In this document: positions 52,196 through 64,000 of the stretch, in pieces | Layout of the letters: the number at the start of each line of letters is the position of its first letter | How positions within the stretch are numbered: the first letter of the stretch is position 1 | NCBI GenBank assembly: GCA_964016885.1 | Contig: OZ024741.1 | Coordinates: 192,200,001 to 192,264,000 of the forward strand | Source: Eledone cirrhosa | Taxonomy: Eukaryota | Length of the DNA stretch: 64,000 nucleotides | Direction: 5' to 3' | Program-made: the position numbers and the translations under genes | The notes under the pieces: model-generated | Databases searched by the model: none | The model's input: the letters and a program-made list of their open reading frames with translations, nothing else | What the model was told of the DNA's origin: nothing

Positions 52196-53568
52196 ATGTC
52201 CTTGGGGAAAATTTTTTTCTAAAATACTAAAGAATATCTTAGGTATTTGGGATACTATTTGACCTCCGTAATGGAGAATTAAACCATATACATTTTTCCT
52301 TCTATTTCTTTTTCTATTATTTAATTGATTTGTTGAATTTTTAATTTTTAAGAGATTTTCTAGTGGGTTAGTTTTACTAATATTTTTATTAAAAGTATTA
52401 TTTTTTCAATTAGTATTCCTATTTCTGCTATTTTTTATAGTTTTATTATTTTTATTAGTATTCAATTCGTTATTTATATTCACATTATTATAATTAGGTG
52501 TAGATATACATTTATGTGTAAAAATCTTATTATTAGCTAATTTAGATGTAGGGTTGAACCATATTTTATTGTTATAGCCTGATCTAGCAAGAGCTTCATC
52601 ACAACATAGCATTTTGGGTGAAAATATCTTTACTGGCCGAAAGTTTTGAGATTGTACCTGATATATTATTAACGATAGATTTAATAATAAATTTAGGGTG
52701 ATTTGAATTGTTATGCATAATATAGGAATTCACTGGGTTTATGACCTGGTGTAAAGAATTTAGTATTTAAATCTAGTGTAATATCTAAGAATTAAATCAT
52801 CTTACAGACTGATATATTATAGCTAATATAAGCTTCCATGATTTTTATATCGTTTTCTTTTCATAAAATACTATTTACTTAAAATTAAATTTGATTGTAA
52901 ATTTGATGATGATGATAGTGGTGAGGGTGGTAGCAGTGGCAACAGAAAGTGACAACTATGGTAGTGGCAGGCAACAGCAACAGTGATGACAATGATAATG
53001 ATGACAATGATGATGATGGCAATGATGATAATAATGATATTAATGATGAAAATGATGATAATTATGATGATTTGCTGTTAGCTGTTGAGACACTGCATCC
53101 TTTAAAACCTCCATGCTTCCTGAAATTCGCTAACACTACATCTGAAATCCCCCCTGCATACACACCCACACACACATGTATACCATGACTCATACACTGT
53201 TCATTTTCCTGACGTTTGAACATTATTCTATGTACTATACATGCACCTTTGATGAGTTGTAGTGCACCTGAGCACTGTACACAATAATTTCATTATTTTT
53301 TTTTTATTATTTTCATGTCCTTCCCTGTGACATAGATAATCAAGAAAGATAAATACCCATATTGTTGTTTGTTATTATTGCGCAGTTTCTAACCCAGACA
53401 TTCCAACCAAGAACATCCTTTCTTTTTCTTCCTTTCCAAGAATAGTGTACCTTGGACAACATTATCTAATGTGTTCTTTTTTTTTAAGTTGTAAAAATGT
53501 AAAATCATGATGATAATGATGTAGGGTGTGGTTTTTAATATTTCTTTTGTTTTTGTCCCCCCTTACAG

Positions 53569-53689
53569 AGTGAATGTCCTTCCAAAACAGTGTATAGAAT
53601 TGAGCTCACAACCTGTTGGTATGATTCGAATTAATAAAAACATTGTTGTTGGCTGTATGGATGAAACATTGCAGTGTCTTTCTGACAAG
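53569..53689 (+). CDS. BBS1: BBS1 internal exon: VNVLPKQCIELSSQPVGMIRINKNIVVGCMDETLQCLSDK
   Basis: ttacag/gtata, 121 nt; aligns to [24 protein letters not shown]. Confidence 0.95.
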
Positions 53690-54356
53690 GTATATATATA
53701 CATTTGTTGTTTTAGTGTCACAATCATGTTGGATAGAGATTTAAATTTCTACATTTGTGAGCACAGTTTCTATTTACTGAAACAGATTTTTTTATGGCTG
53801 GATATCATTTTGGATTGCACCTGTTCACATTTAAAGTAGAAATGGGTGCCAAAGTTAATTAGGAAGACTTGCATGATGCAGAAAAGTAAGAACATCTGAT
53901 TGTTGAAAGCATGTTGGGGTTTAACTTAACATTTTCAGTATATTGAAGATGATGTAATCATCATAAACATGATTGATCCTTGTTGTTAATTACCATATTT
54001 TTCAACTTTTTGGTTGTCAAAATTAGGGTGCGTCCTCAAGGACGAAGCACCTTCGGCACCGGGAATTATGGTATAATGTAAAATTGAACATTTAAAACAT
54101 TCAACTATTAACAAAATATGTGGTTATATATAAATGTAATGAATTAAGAAAAATGTAAGTCAGTGAAACAAACATTGACAAAGAGAGAGAAAAAGAGGAA
54201 AGACAGTGACATAAAAGAGAAGAAAGGAAAGAACAATGAAATATATAGACATATAAAGACAAGGAGAGGGAAAAAAGAAAAGATAAAGAGAGGATAGAGG
54301 AAAATGAATAAAGAAAGGAAGAAGAGCTAGTAAGAAATAGACCGCTCACTAAAAAA

Positions 54357-54416
54357 AAGTAGCAGTAGATTTAATCCGATATAGCTTACTATATCGGATT
54401 AAATCTACTGCTACTT
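54357..54416. repeat. Perfect 28-bp hairpin with 4-nt loop
   Basis: aagtagcagtagatttaatccgatatag-ctta-reverse complement. Confidence 0.95.
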
Positions 54417-54817
54417 CATCATCATCATCACCATCACTATCAGTATCATCATCATTGTCATCGTCATCATTTAAGTTTACTTTCCATGCATGTATGGGTT
54501 AGATAGGTTGTTTCTGTCTGAGTCACTTCATATTCAAAGTTACTGTCCTCCTAGACAGACCATGTCTTGCTTGCTTCAATTTTTGGCATAGTTTCAACAG
54601 ATGGATACCCCTTAATACTGAGTGTATGGAATGTGGCACTAGAAAGGTTTTTATATTTTATATGCAGGACCCTCTGAGCCATATCTTGTTTCCATTCAGT
54701 TCCCAAAATTATTGTGTTGCATTTGATTGTGACACTAGCACTAGGGAGGCTGTTATATTCTTGCCAAGAATAAAGAACCCTGTCTACCCTATATTGTCTC
54801 TTTTTGATGATTATTAA

Positions 54818-54992
54818 ATGGATTGGCAGTATCGGTAGAGAGTCGGACGCCATGCATAGTTACGTCCCTTTACGGTCTGAGTTCAAATCACGTTGAGGTT
54901 AACTTTGCCTTTCATCCTTACGGGGTCGATAAAATAAAGTACCAGTAATGTACTGGGTAATTGCTGGCCTTGTGCCTAAAGTAGAAACAATT
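54818..54992 (+). mobile_element. SINE family A
   Basis: A/B boxes and body. Confidence 0.85.
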
Positions 54993-55837
54993 AAATTTAA
55001 AATGATATAAAATGAAATGTGTTGATGTCTTTATAAAGTTTTTACCGTTCCTGTGTTGTGTCAGTTCAGCTGTAATTTAACAGACCTAGTTAAGATTGTG
55101 TGGAGTAGTTTGTGGGAGGTTTTGCTGTTTATTCTAACTGAACACATAGACGCTCCATTGTTTTGCTTGATAAAGAGAGTTTTTTTCGTTTTTTTTAATA
55201 GTTATTTCTGATGTGTATAAAAACTAAATTTATCTGACACTTCATATAGTTAATAATGGTACCACTCACTGTTCTTGAACTTGTTTACATTCTCATTTTT
55301 TAATTTTTTATATTGTTATATTGTTGTGTCAACTGTTGAAGAATGATGCATAGCGGTGGCATTTCTCATTTTCTTTTACTGTCTTTCCTATTTTTACTTT
55401 TAGTTCAAATATGCAATTTTAATATTAGGAAATAACAAAAAGAAATATTCGGCATTCCTTTTGTTTGTGATAATTTGCACCTGTTGCATTCCTTTCCACT
55501 ATACACTGCATATGTGCATTTCCTATGGCATTTTTTGTCTTTCACTCCTCTGCAGCTTTTCAAAGATTCCCAAAGCAAATTTGTTCTTTGTTTTATGCTC
55601 TACCATAAATTGTCAGAGAGGCAATCTTTTTTGTTTTAAGTAAAATTTTTCATTTTTTTCCTCTTCTTTGAATTATTTATTGAGTTGGTTTTGAAGAAAT
55701 TCTTAAGGAATTCCAGAGCATTGTTGAACAATTTCTAATGCATATTTAATATTTAATATATATATGTGTGTGTGTGAGAGTGCGTGTGTGCGTGCATGTC
55801 TGTCTCTCTCTCTGTATATATATATATATATATATAT

Positions 55838-55954
55838 ATAGGAACAAGTAGGACCCCGACGGCTGAGCTCAAGCCGTTTCGACGGCTGATTCGAGTCCAG
55901 AATTAGCCGTCGAAACGGCTTGAGCTCAGCCGTCGGGGCCCTACTTGTTCCTAT
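55838..55954. repeat. 117-bp palindrome built from the 3' half of a hammerhead
   Basis: Centre gacggctgattc/gaattagccgtc then GAA ACGGCU ugagcuc AGCCGU C/GGGG. Confidence 0.8.
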
Positions 55955-56187
55955 TACCCACTCTACTACCCTAAGTATTGAGTACTTTGGTGCGTTATGG
56001 TCCATCCGGTTCCTTACCACATTTCCTTCGTTATATATATATATATATATATGCGCTGTAATGTGGTTAGCTTTATCAGCCAAGCCAAAATACTGATCCG
56101 TATGAACATGTCATGGTCTCCAAACCTGACTTGTCACGTAATGTGACAACCCATCTAACCCATGCAAGCGTGGAAAATGGATGTTAA

Positions 56188-56228
<41 letters not shown>

Positions 56229-56239
56229 ATTTATGTATA

Positions 56240-57440
56240 TCATCATCATCATCATCGTTTAACCTCCCTTTTCCATGCTAGCATGGGTTAGACGGATTCT
56301 CCCATTAGAGGCAAGTTGGGTCAAGTTACTGTGTCTTGCTCACTTTCTGGCTAGGTTTCTATGGCTGGATGTAGTGGGATGTAGTGAGATCTGAAGCAGG
56401 CTAGCAAAGAATGTAGGTTTTATATGTGGTTGATGCACAGGAAAAGTAAATAGCAAGTGCTCACAGGAAACAAGCTCCTTTAAATGCCGAGAGGGCTCGG
56501 TAGAAGTAGTTAATAGATTATGTTACCTGAGCGACCAAATTAGCAGTTGCGGTGTGTATTACAAAATTACTGTAGCCAGAGTGAGAATGGGATGTAGAGA
56601 GTTCAGTGAGCTACTACAAAAAGTTTTTCCCTTAAAATGAAGGGCAGATTGTATGATGCATGTATATGAACAACAATGTTTCACAGTAGTGAGTCCTGGG
56701 CGTTGTGTGCAGAGGACCTGCAAAGATTGGAAAGAAATGAAGTTGGCATGCTTCAATGGATGTGTAATAGTAATATACATGAACAGCAAAGCATAAATGA
56801 ACTGAGAGAGAAACTGGACATAAGAGGGATCAGATACAGTGTGCAGGAGAGGAGATTGCAGTGATATGAACATGTGATGCATATAAAGGATGACAGCTGT
56901 ATAAAAAGGTGCAGGGCATTCATAGTTGATGGAAGCTATGGAGCAGGAAGACTTTGGATGAGATGATAAAAGCTGACTTCACACAATTGCACCTTTCACA
57001 TGCAATGACACAGGATCAAGATCTCTGGCATTATGCATGCACACAGGGTGATCTCTAGTATACACAACTTCTCCCCTCTCACTCTTCCATACTCCTCCCA
57101 CATCTTAACATTCCACCCTTCACCAGCTAAGTACCCCATCCTAGACACCTACCTCTCCAATGCCCACCTTACATGTACACACACTCCACCTCCACTTTCC
57201 ACATCTAATACACCTCTTTTGACCAACCCATATATACAATCATGAAAAGGGCTCACAATATTACAGAGCATAGGACCCTGTCAAAGGCCTTCTCCATATC
57301 TACAAATGTCAGATACAGTGGCTTACTCTTAGCTATGTACCTCTTCTGTAGTTGTCTCATCAGAAAGAGGGTATGTAAGGTGGTTTTCCCTGCTACAAAG
57401 TTGTTGATATTAGGAAGGGCATCCAACCATAGAAGCCAAA
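56240..57440. mobile_element. Patchwork of RTE fragments (main piece 56380-57035 on +)
   Basis: RT C-terminal motifs; opposite-strand pieces at about 56240-56370 and 57250-57370. Confidence 0.75.
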
Positions 57441-57816
57441 TCAAAAGGTACAATTTTAACTGCTATAAAAAGGCTTAACTCTATTACTAACATTTGGTGC
57501 TTATATAAAATTACGTGGGAAGATTTTAAATTAAATAGGAACCTTTTAAAATGGGCGGGTTTTGTTTTATAATACCAGAGTTTTGACTGGTTTGGTATCA
57601 AAAGGGTTAAGCTTTTAGTACCCTTAAAAGAGTTTACAATATCATTGGTTGATGCTTTCAAGCTCTTTGTTCAAGAAACACATACATAATCTATCCTTAA
57701 CTTATACACAGTCATAAAAGTGTTAACTTGGTTTTTAACTTGACACAATGGCTACAGCAAGAAGACTAAACATGCACACACCCACCCACGCACACACACA
57801 CATATATATATATATA

Positions 57817-57917
57817 TAATTGTTTCTACGTTAGGCACAAGGCCAGAAATTACCCAGTGTATTACTGGTACTTTATTTTATCGACCCCGTAAGGATGGAA
57901 GGCAAAGTTAACCTCGT
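57817..57917 (-). mobile_element. Truncated SINE family A
   Basis: Reverse complement of 3' half. Confidence 0.75.
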
Positions 57918-59089
57918 TATATATATATATATAATAAATGACATTATATGCTGTGTGGGGAAATGTGATATTAAATCCACTTATATGTCAATATAACACC
58001 TCTTTACATTGAAATCAACTGCAAATCTATCTGATATTACTTATTCTGTTTCTTTACTATTTTATGAACATTTTCCAGTATTATATATATTTATATATAT
58101 ATAATTTCATCTTATAAAAGTGCTTTGAAATTTTCAAAACCATTTTGAAATTTTCATCTCAAACCCACTTTTATGGAAACACCGATAGAAATTTACAATG
58201 ACAGAAATCTGAATAAAGTGTTATGGATGTGAACATTGCATCAAATTTAGGATAATAAAAACTGTCATTATAAACAACTTTTGCCTGATAAATAATGGAA
58301 TTATAAAGAAAACTGAAAAATGTATTAGCCTAAGGAAAACAAAAGAAAACAATAAACACACAAAAGAAATATAAGAAATAAAAACAAAAAAACAACGTTG
58401 ACATTTTTATGGAATTTTCTTTGTCATTTGGTTTGATTTTTCTATTTACAATGGAATTTTCTGTTGATAAAATTGCCAAAAAATTTAATCCATTATTTCT
58501 AACTAAACACAATGTCTGATCTTTAATAATCAACAATTGCTTATTCAGTGATGACTACATATACTGTTAGTGGTTTCTTCTTATCAACAGCCTATGTTTG
58601 TATTTGTGTTTTTTTTCTTTCATTACCATGACAGCAAATTATGGTTCCATTAACAAATGTAGACAAATGGCACTGTTTGCTAGATTTTCTTTAAGAGGAG
58701 AGGAAGAACATTAACAGAAGCATATTTCTAGCATTTCTTATTTTGTATATCCTAGCATACAGTATTTTGATTTGGTGCCATAGCAGCATTTCTTTCACTG
58801 AAGCACCTAACATGTGGAATTTTGTCTGATGCCATAGAGGCATTTTTTACAGTAAATCTCCTATCCTATTGTATTTTAGGTTGGTGCCATAGAGATACTT
58901 TTCACCCTGCATCTCCAAGCATACAATTTGCTGGTGTGGTGTTATAGAAGCAAAAATTAAGGTTACCTTAAGGACCATTACCAGTATTAATCAAAGAAAC
59001 ATTAGTAGCAGATGTACAAACTGTCTTTAGATTTCACTCATTCCTCATAGTATGGTTCTTGTGGAGCTGAGTGTATTGATGGACTCATG

Positions 59090-59470
59090 ACTGGGTTTTA
59101 ACTGTGACTAGACTTCAAATGTGCCTGGGTTTCAACTGTGTTTGGGCTTCTATTGAGGCTAAATTCTAACTGTGCTTTGACTTCATCTGTGCCTAGGATT
59201 CACCTGTGGTCAGATTTCAACTGTGCTGTGATTTCAGATATATTTGGGCTTCAACTGCACTTGGGCTTCACCTGTGCTTTGGTTTCAAATGTACTTGGGC
59301 TTCAATTGTATTTGGGCTTCAACTATGCCTGGGCTTCAACTGTGCCTGCGCTTCAACTGTTGTACTGTACCAAAGTTTTATATTTAACTGGGCTTTTGTT
59401 ATGGCTGGTCTTCACACATAGCTGGACTTCAGCTGTGTATGTGCTTCACATATAACTAGGGTTTAGCTGT
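59090..59470. repeat. 17-bp minisatellite, about 22 degenerate copies
   Basis: Consensus near ytgggcttcaactgtgc. Confidence 0.85.
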
Positions 59471-60660
59471 GCCAGGAGAAGACATCTAGATTGCTCAATG
59501 TATGCTTACAATGCAAGTTTGTTGGGTGAAACAAACCATTTATGAAAAATATACATGTTCATACATAAGCACAGAAAGAAGGGCAACACCCATGGCCCTT
59601 TATTATTTCAGGGCTCAGAGTGGTCTGTTGGCAGAGTTGTTATAGTGATGGATGAAATGCTTTGCAAATCTTGTTGAGATCAACTTTGCCTTTTATCCTT
59701 TTGAGGTCGATAAAATAAAGTACTTGACAAGTACTGGGGTCAGTTTAATTGACCTTTCCTTTACCCCCCCCCCCCCCAATAAAAAAAATTATTGGGATGT
59801 GTCTGAATTAGAAATTATTATTTTAGGGCCTCTGGAACTGGTGAGGGGAAAGGAGGAAGTTATCCTTAAATTGAAGACCTGGTCTGAATGTTAGCGACAG
59901 GGAACTACACTAAAGGCTACCAAGTACCAGGTGGTGGTGGTGAACCAAGTAACAGATTAAGTCTATCGCCCTATTTATGTTCCACACAGATACACATGAA
60001 CATGCACATACACACATGAACATATTTACACACACAAACATACACACACATGCATACATGAGCATATACACATACAACCATATATATATATATACACACA
60101 CATATCCATACACAAACGTACACACATATATGCATGCAAAAACATACACTAACACATAAACATATACCCAAACAAATATATACATACATATGCACACATA
60201 CACTTCACAAATATACTCATATACACACATACAAAATACAAATATATACATACATGCAAACATATACATAAACACCTTAGATATTCTTATCAGTACAAAA
60301 TCACTTAAAGTACCTGATTCATGATTTTGGTAAAATTGTTTAGAATTGATTAAGATATGTGTGTGTATGTATGTATGTGTGTGTGTATGTGTGTGTGTGT
60401 GTGTGTGTGTGAGGGAGAAAGTGAGAGAGAGAGAGAGACTCTCTACTTCTTTTTCTCTCTATATATATATGTGCAAGTCGGTGTGTATATATGTGTGTGT
60501 GAGAGAGAAAGAGACTCTCTATCTCTTATCTCTCTCTGTGTATGTCCAAGTCTGTGTGTATGTCTGTTTATGTGTGTGTGTCTCTTTTTTCTCTATCTCT
60601 CCCTCGCAGTTTCTAACTCAATGTCTGTCTATCAACCTCTCATTATTTCTTTCTCTCTCA

Positions 60661-60852
60661 GGGCGGTGGATTGGCAGTATCGGTAGAGGGTTGGACGCCA
60701 TGCTTTGATGCATAGAGTTACGGTCCTTGCCATTCTGAGTTCAAATCCCGCCGAGGTTAACTTTGCTTTTCATCCTTACGGGGTCGATAAAATAAAGTAC
60801 CAGTAATGCACTGGGTAATTGCTGGCCTTGTGCCAAAAGTAGAAACAATTAT
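60661..60852 (+). mobile_element. Full-length SINE family A (best preserved copy)
   Basis: gggcggtggattggcagtatcggtag...gagttcaaatcccgcc...gtagaaacaattatt. Confidence 0.88.
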
Positions 60853-61409
60853 TTCTTTCTCTCTCTGTATGTTTATAAATTTCTCTCTCGCTTTAAAAAT
60901 CTCCAAAAAAAGATTCAACACACAATTGTCATGAGCAAATTCTCACTCTAGTCATGTTTGTTTTGATTTGTTTTTGTTTTGTATTTCTGTTGGTTAATTT
61001 GACACAATTTGTTACACAGTTTACTGAGGGAAATATATGAAGTGTTGTCTTTCCCTGAGGCAAAGAATTGTACAGAACTGTGTGCTTTTATGATTCTTTC
61101 ATTAGTCTTTAGCTTGTCCATTCCTTTCTCTGTCTCTCTCCCTCCCATTCCCTCTCCCTCTGTTATACAAATAGACATACAGTTCATTGCCACAATACTG
61201 GGTTGGCAGAAATGTCTTTTCGAGGCATACTTAGTCATTTCTATGCAATTAGTGTTTCCATGGGGTATGTGTGTATGTGTGTGTATGTGAGTGTGTGTGT
61301 ATGTGAGTATGTGTGTATTTCTGTGCGTATATGTATGTATATGTATATATATGTATATGTCAAAGAACCACATCTTATTTATGCATCTTATATTTTAGCA
61401 TAATTTCTA

Positions 61410-61920
61410 TAACTGGATGCTCTTCCTAATGCCAACCACTTTACAGAATGAACTGGGTGCATTTTATTGTGGCACAAACACTACCATTTTGCAGGGGGTT
61501 ACATGCATTTTTTTAAAAACACCAACACGTCCACCTTACAGAATGTACTAGCTACATTTATTGGGGCACCAATACTACCACTGTATTAAGTGCATTATAT
61601 CATAGCACCAAAACTACCATTTTGCAGAGTGTACTGGATGCATTTTCCTGTAGCGCCAACACTACCATTTTACTGAGTGTAGTGAGTACATTTTATTGTG
61701 GCACTAGCACTGCCACTTTACAGAGTGTAGTGAATACATTTTATTGTGGCACTAACACTGCCACTTTACAGAGTGTTCTGGAGGCATCTTATTGTGACAC
61801 CAGCAGTACCATTTTACATGATGAACGGCATTCATTTTTGCATGGCACCAGTACCACCACTTTGCAGGGTGTACTGGGAGCATTTTATTGTGGCATCATT
61901 AATATTGTTTTACAGTGTAC
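61410..61920 (-). repeat. Array of about 40-bp units derived from the RTE 3' UTR
   Basis: Starts with ctggatgctcttcctaatgccaacc then repeats ccactttacagagtgtactgggtgcattttattgtggcac. Confidence 0.75.
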
Positions 61921-62165
61921 TTCTTACATTTTACCCATGGTACTAACTGTTTGAGGGGTTGTCAGGTAGTTGAAGATCCAAAGGGTTTGATCTACTCCAC
62001 ATTATCTCATTTTTTTTATCATCACTTCTTTCTTTGGTACAGGGAACTGAATGTGTTCCATCATGACACCAATACAGAGTTGTTTTGCCTATTGCAGACT
62101 AAAAGGGATCTCTCCATGCCATGTAGTCTTTGATCTTTCACTACATTTTCTTTTAGCATCACAGT

Positions 62166-62493
62166 GCTACAGTCAGTAGGCACCTCTTAACCCAATGTAC
62201 AACCCACCCCCACATCCTACCATATCCTCCCTTTCCTGTTCTGTCCACTGTGTCGATGACAAAACAGTAAGGTGGCCACGTAGGAGACATGGTGAAAGGG
62301 CTCCCAGTCCACACTGTAAATGTGGTTGGTGTTAGGAAGGGCACCCAGCTATAAAAAAAACCTGCCAGAGACTTCTGTGCGAGTGAGACACGGTATCCTG
62401 ACCATTCCCGCATTAAATGGAACAAAACCGTCTAACCCATGCTAGTGTGGGAGATGGACATTAAACGATGATGATGATGATGATGATGATGAT
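62166..62493 (+). mobile_element. RTE 3' UTR fragment
   Basis: Homologous to 11565-11970. Confidence 0.8.
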
Positions 62494-62750
62494 TGCTTGT
62501 ACTGGTACTGGTGGGTAGGTCTTTTCTAGTATAGCAAGTCACCAGTCGACAGAATCTTATGTGTGTTAAGTATATATATCTATCATCATTTAACATCTGC
62601 TTTTCCTGCTGTATATATATAAAGTTATATATACAGAGTGGGTAACAGAGACTGCACCAATATGTATATAAATATACATATATCTAATATGTAGGAATAT
62701 AAATATGTTAGAAGATACGATTTTCCTTGTAAATTGAAAAAAATGATGAA

Positions 62751-62798
62751 CATCTTTAATCGATTTTTGGACCAAGGTGGGCCCTCATCAGAAGACAT
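62751..62798 (-). ncRNA. Degenerate minimal hammerhead
   Basis: UGUCUU CUGAUGA GGGCC caccuu GGUCC aAA AAUCGAUU A/AAGAUG; G12 changed to A at a CpG. Confidence 0.7.
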
Positions 62799-62872
62799 GT
62801 ATATCATCCAAACAACCACAAGGAAACATATTTCATGTGCTTATATACTCATTCACTTATAGTTTTATTCTG

Positions 62873-62904
<32 letters not shown>

Positions 62905-63180
62905 CATCATCATTATCATCATTGTTTAACGTCCACCTTCCACGCTGATAACAATTTGTTTCATTTATTTCATTACTCCTATATGTTATGTTATATGTAT
63001 ATTCCATATTTCATGATCTCCATTATATTCCCCTAATCCTTTTATTTTATTTTATTTTATTTTATTTTATTTTATTTTATTTTATTTTACTTCATTTTAT
63101 TTTAAAAAGGTTTTTCAATTTTTACAATTTTTCATTCATTTTTCTTTTTCTTTGTTTTCCTTTCTTTCTTTTTCATTTTT

Positions 63181-63609
63181 AATAACTTATATTTTATATA
63201 TTTGCTTGACACTGATTCCACCCTGACACCAGTTACTCATCCAGCTGTCATTGTCTCCACCATTGCCATTATCATATTTTATCACCCTTAGATGTTACAC
63301 TATAATTCATATTATTTATAATCTTATATTTCCATAATCTTCATTGTATTTAATTCCTTGATATTTTCATAACTTATATTTTACATATTTACTTGACACC
63401 GATATCACCCCACCATCACTTACTCCCTCGCCCGTCATAGTTTCCACCATCACCATTTTCATATATTTCATCTCCCTTAGATGTTACAGCTCTATTCTTC
63501 ATAACCCTATGTTCTATTGCCATTATCATATTTTATCACCCTTAGATATTACACTATAATTCATATTATTTATAATCTTATATTTCCATAATCTTCATTG
63601 TATCTAATT
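63181..63609. repeat. Local AT-rich tandem duplications
   Basis: ataacttatatttt.. at about 63182 and 63369; attgccattatcatattttatcacc.. at about 63262 and 63516. Confidence 0.75.
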
Positions 63610-63825
63610 GTTTATATTTTCTCTATTCTCCATCTTTTAATTTTAAACAACATCACTTTATCACTATATTCTTTACTTATTTCCACAACGCCAACACTTC
63701 TGTCACTACCACCACTATCCCCTACCCTAGCTTCCATACACCCACCCATTATAGGTTGTCTTTACCCACTTATATTATCTGTATATATGAATGTAAGTAT
63801 TTCTATTTGTATATTTATATTTGTA

Positions 63826-64000
63826 CTAGCAGCAAGACTCAGCGTTGCACGGGGTAGGAAATGTGAAATAGCATCACGCATATGCAAAGATTGAGGAATA
63901 TAGCTGTGTACTTTTTGAATTTCCTTATTCTCAGGGAATGATTGTCCATCTACTGGAAACATAGAGCACCAGAAAGCCCGAATCATGAAACATCTGCACG
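63826..64000 (-). mobile_element. Helitron 3' terminus
   Basis: Minus strand ends cccgtgcaacgctgag..gctgCTAG|T. Confidence 0.6.

Larger units (their letters stand above)
50150..52905 (-). mobile_element. Decayed Penelope-like element (RT C-terminus + GIY-YIG) with nested RTE and SINE
   Basis: FLDITLDL, LARSGY, KYIEATANRFKTR, HSF..STSLAK..W, WSII..SYSGG..KCNLCLTE..LLN..E...CPH. Confidence 0.8.

Noticed and set aside
55685-55730. Possible decayed hammerhead around gaaattcttaaggaattc
   Set aside because: Too many core changes
59090-59470. CRISPR-like array
   Set aside because: Contiguous degenerate 17-mers without unique spacers; eukaryotic context and no cas genes
60661-60760. tRNA gene
   Set aside because: A/B boxes belong to a multi-copy SINE head; no full cloverleaf
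53690-64000. Next BBS1 exon (GKKLW-like)
   Set aside because: No matching segment with splice sites found; probably beyond the window

Overview
This is AT-rich, microsatellite-dense animal genomic DNA; the LINE/SINE repertoire suggests a cephalopod (Octopus-like), which is an inference. The only host gene I can support is BBS1 (BBSome subunit, + strand). Seven internal exons (2690-2779, 16660-16784, 19156-19202, 36421-36538, 47262-47393, 48312-48418, 53569-53689) have GT-AG boundaries and compatible phases and splice to one open 740-nt frame. The introns are almost entirely decayed mobile DNA: RTE-clade LINEs, Tx1/L1-like LINEs, R4/Dong-like LINEs, Penelope-like elements (PLEs), Helitrons, Tc1/mariner remnants and a tRNA-derived SINE family. 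The main hidden signal is more than a dozen type I hammerhead ribozyme (HHR) motifs from several unrelated sequence families. They sit in short non-coding cassettes bounded by (TA)n and are often arranged as tandem repeats or fold-back palindromes. They include a 467-nt tandem unit with two intact HHRs, an intact-core sense-strand HHR about 170 nt upstream of a BBS1 exon, and two U3-A8 core variants. All structures were folded by eye, and repeat boundaries are approximate.
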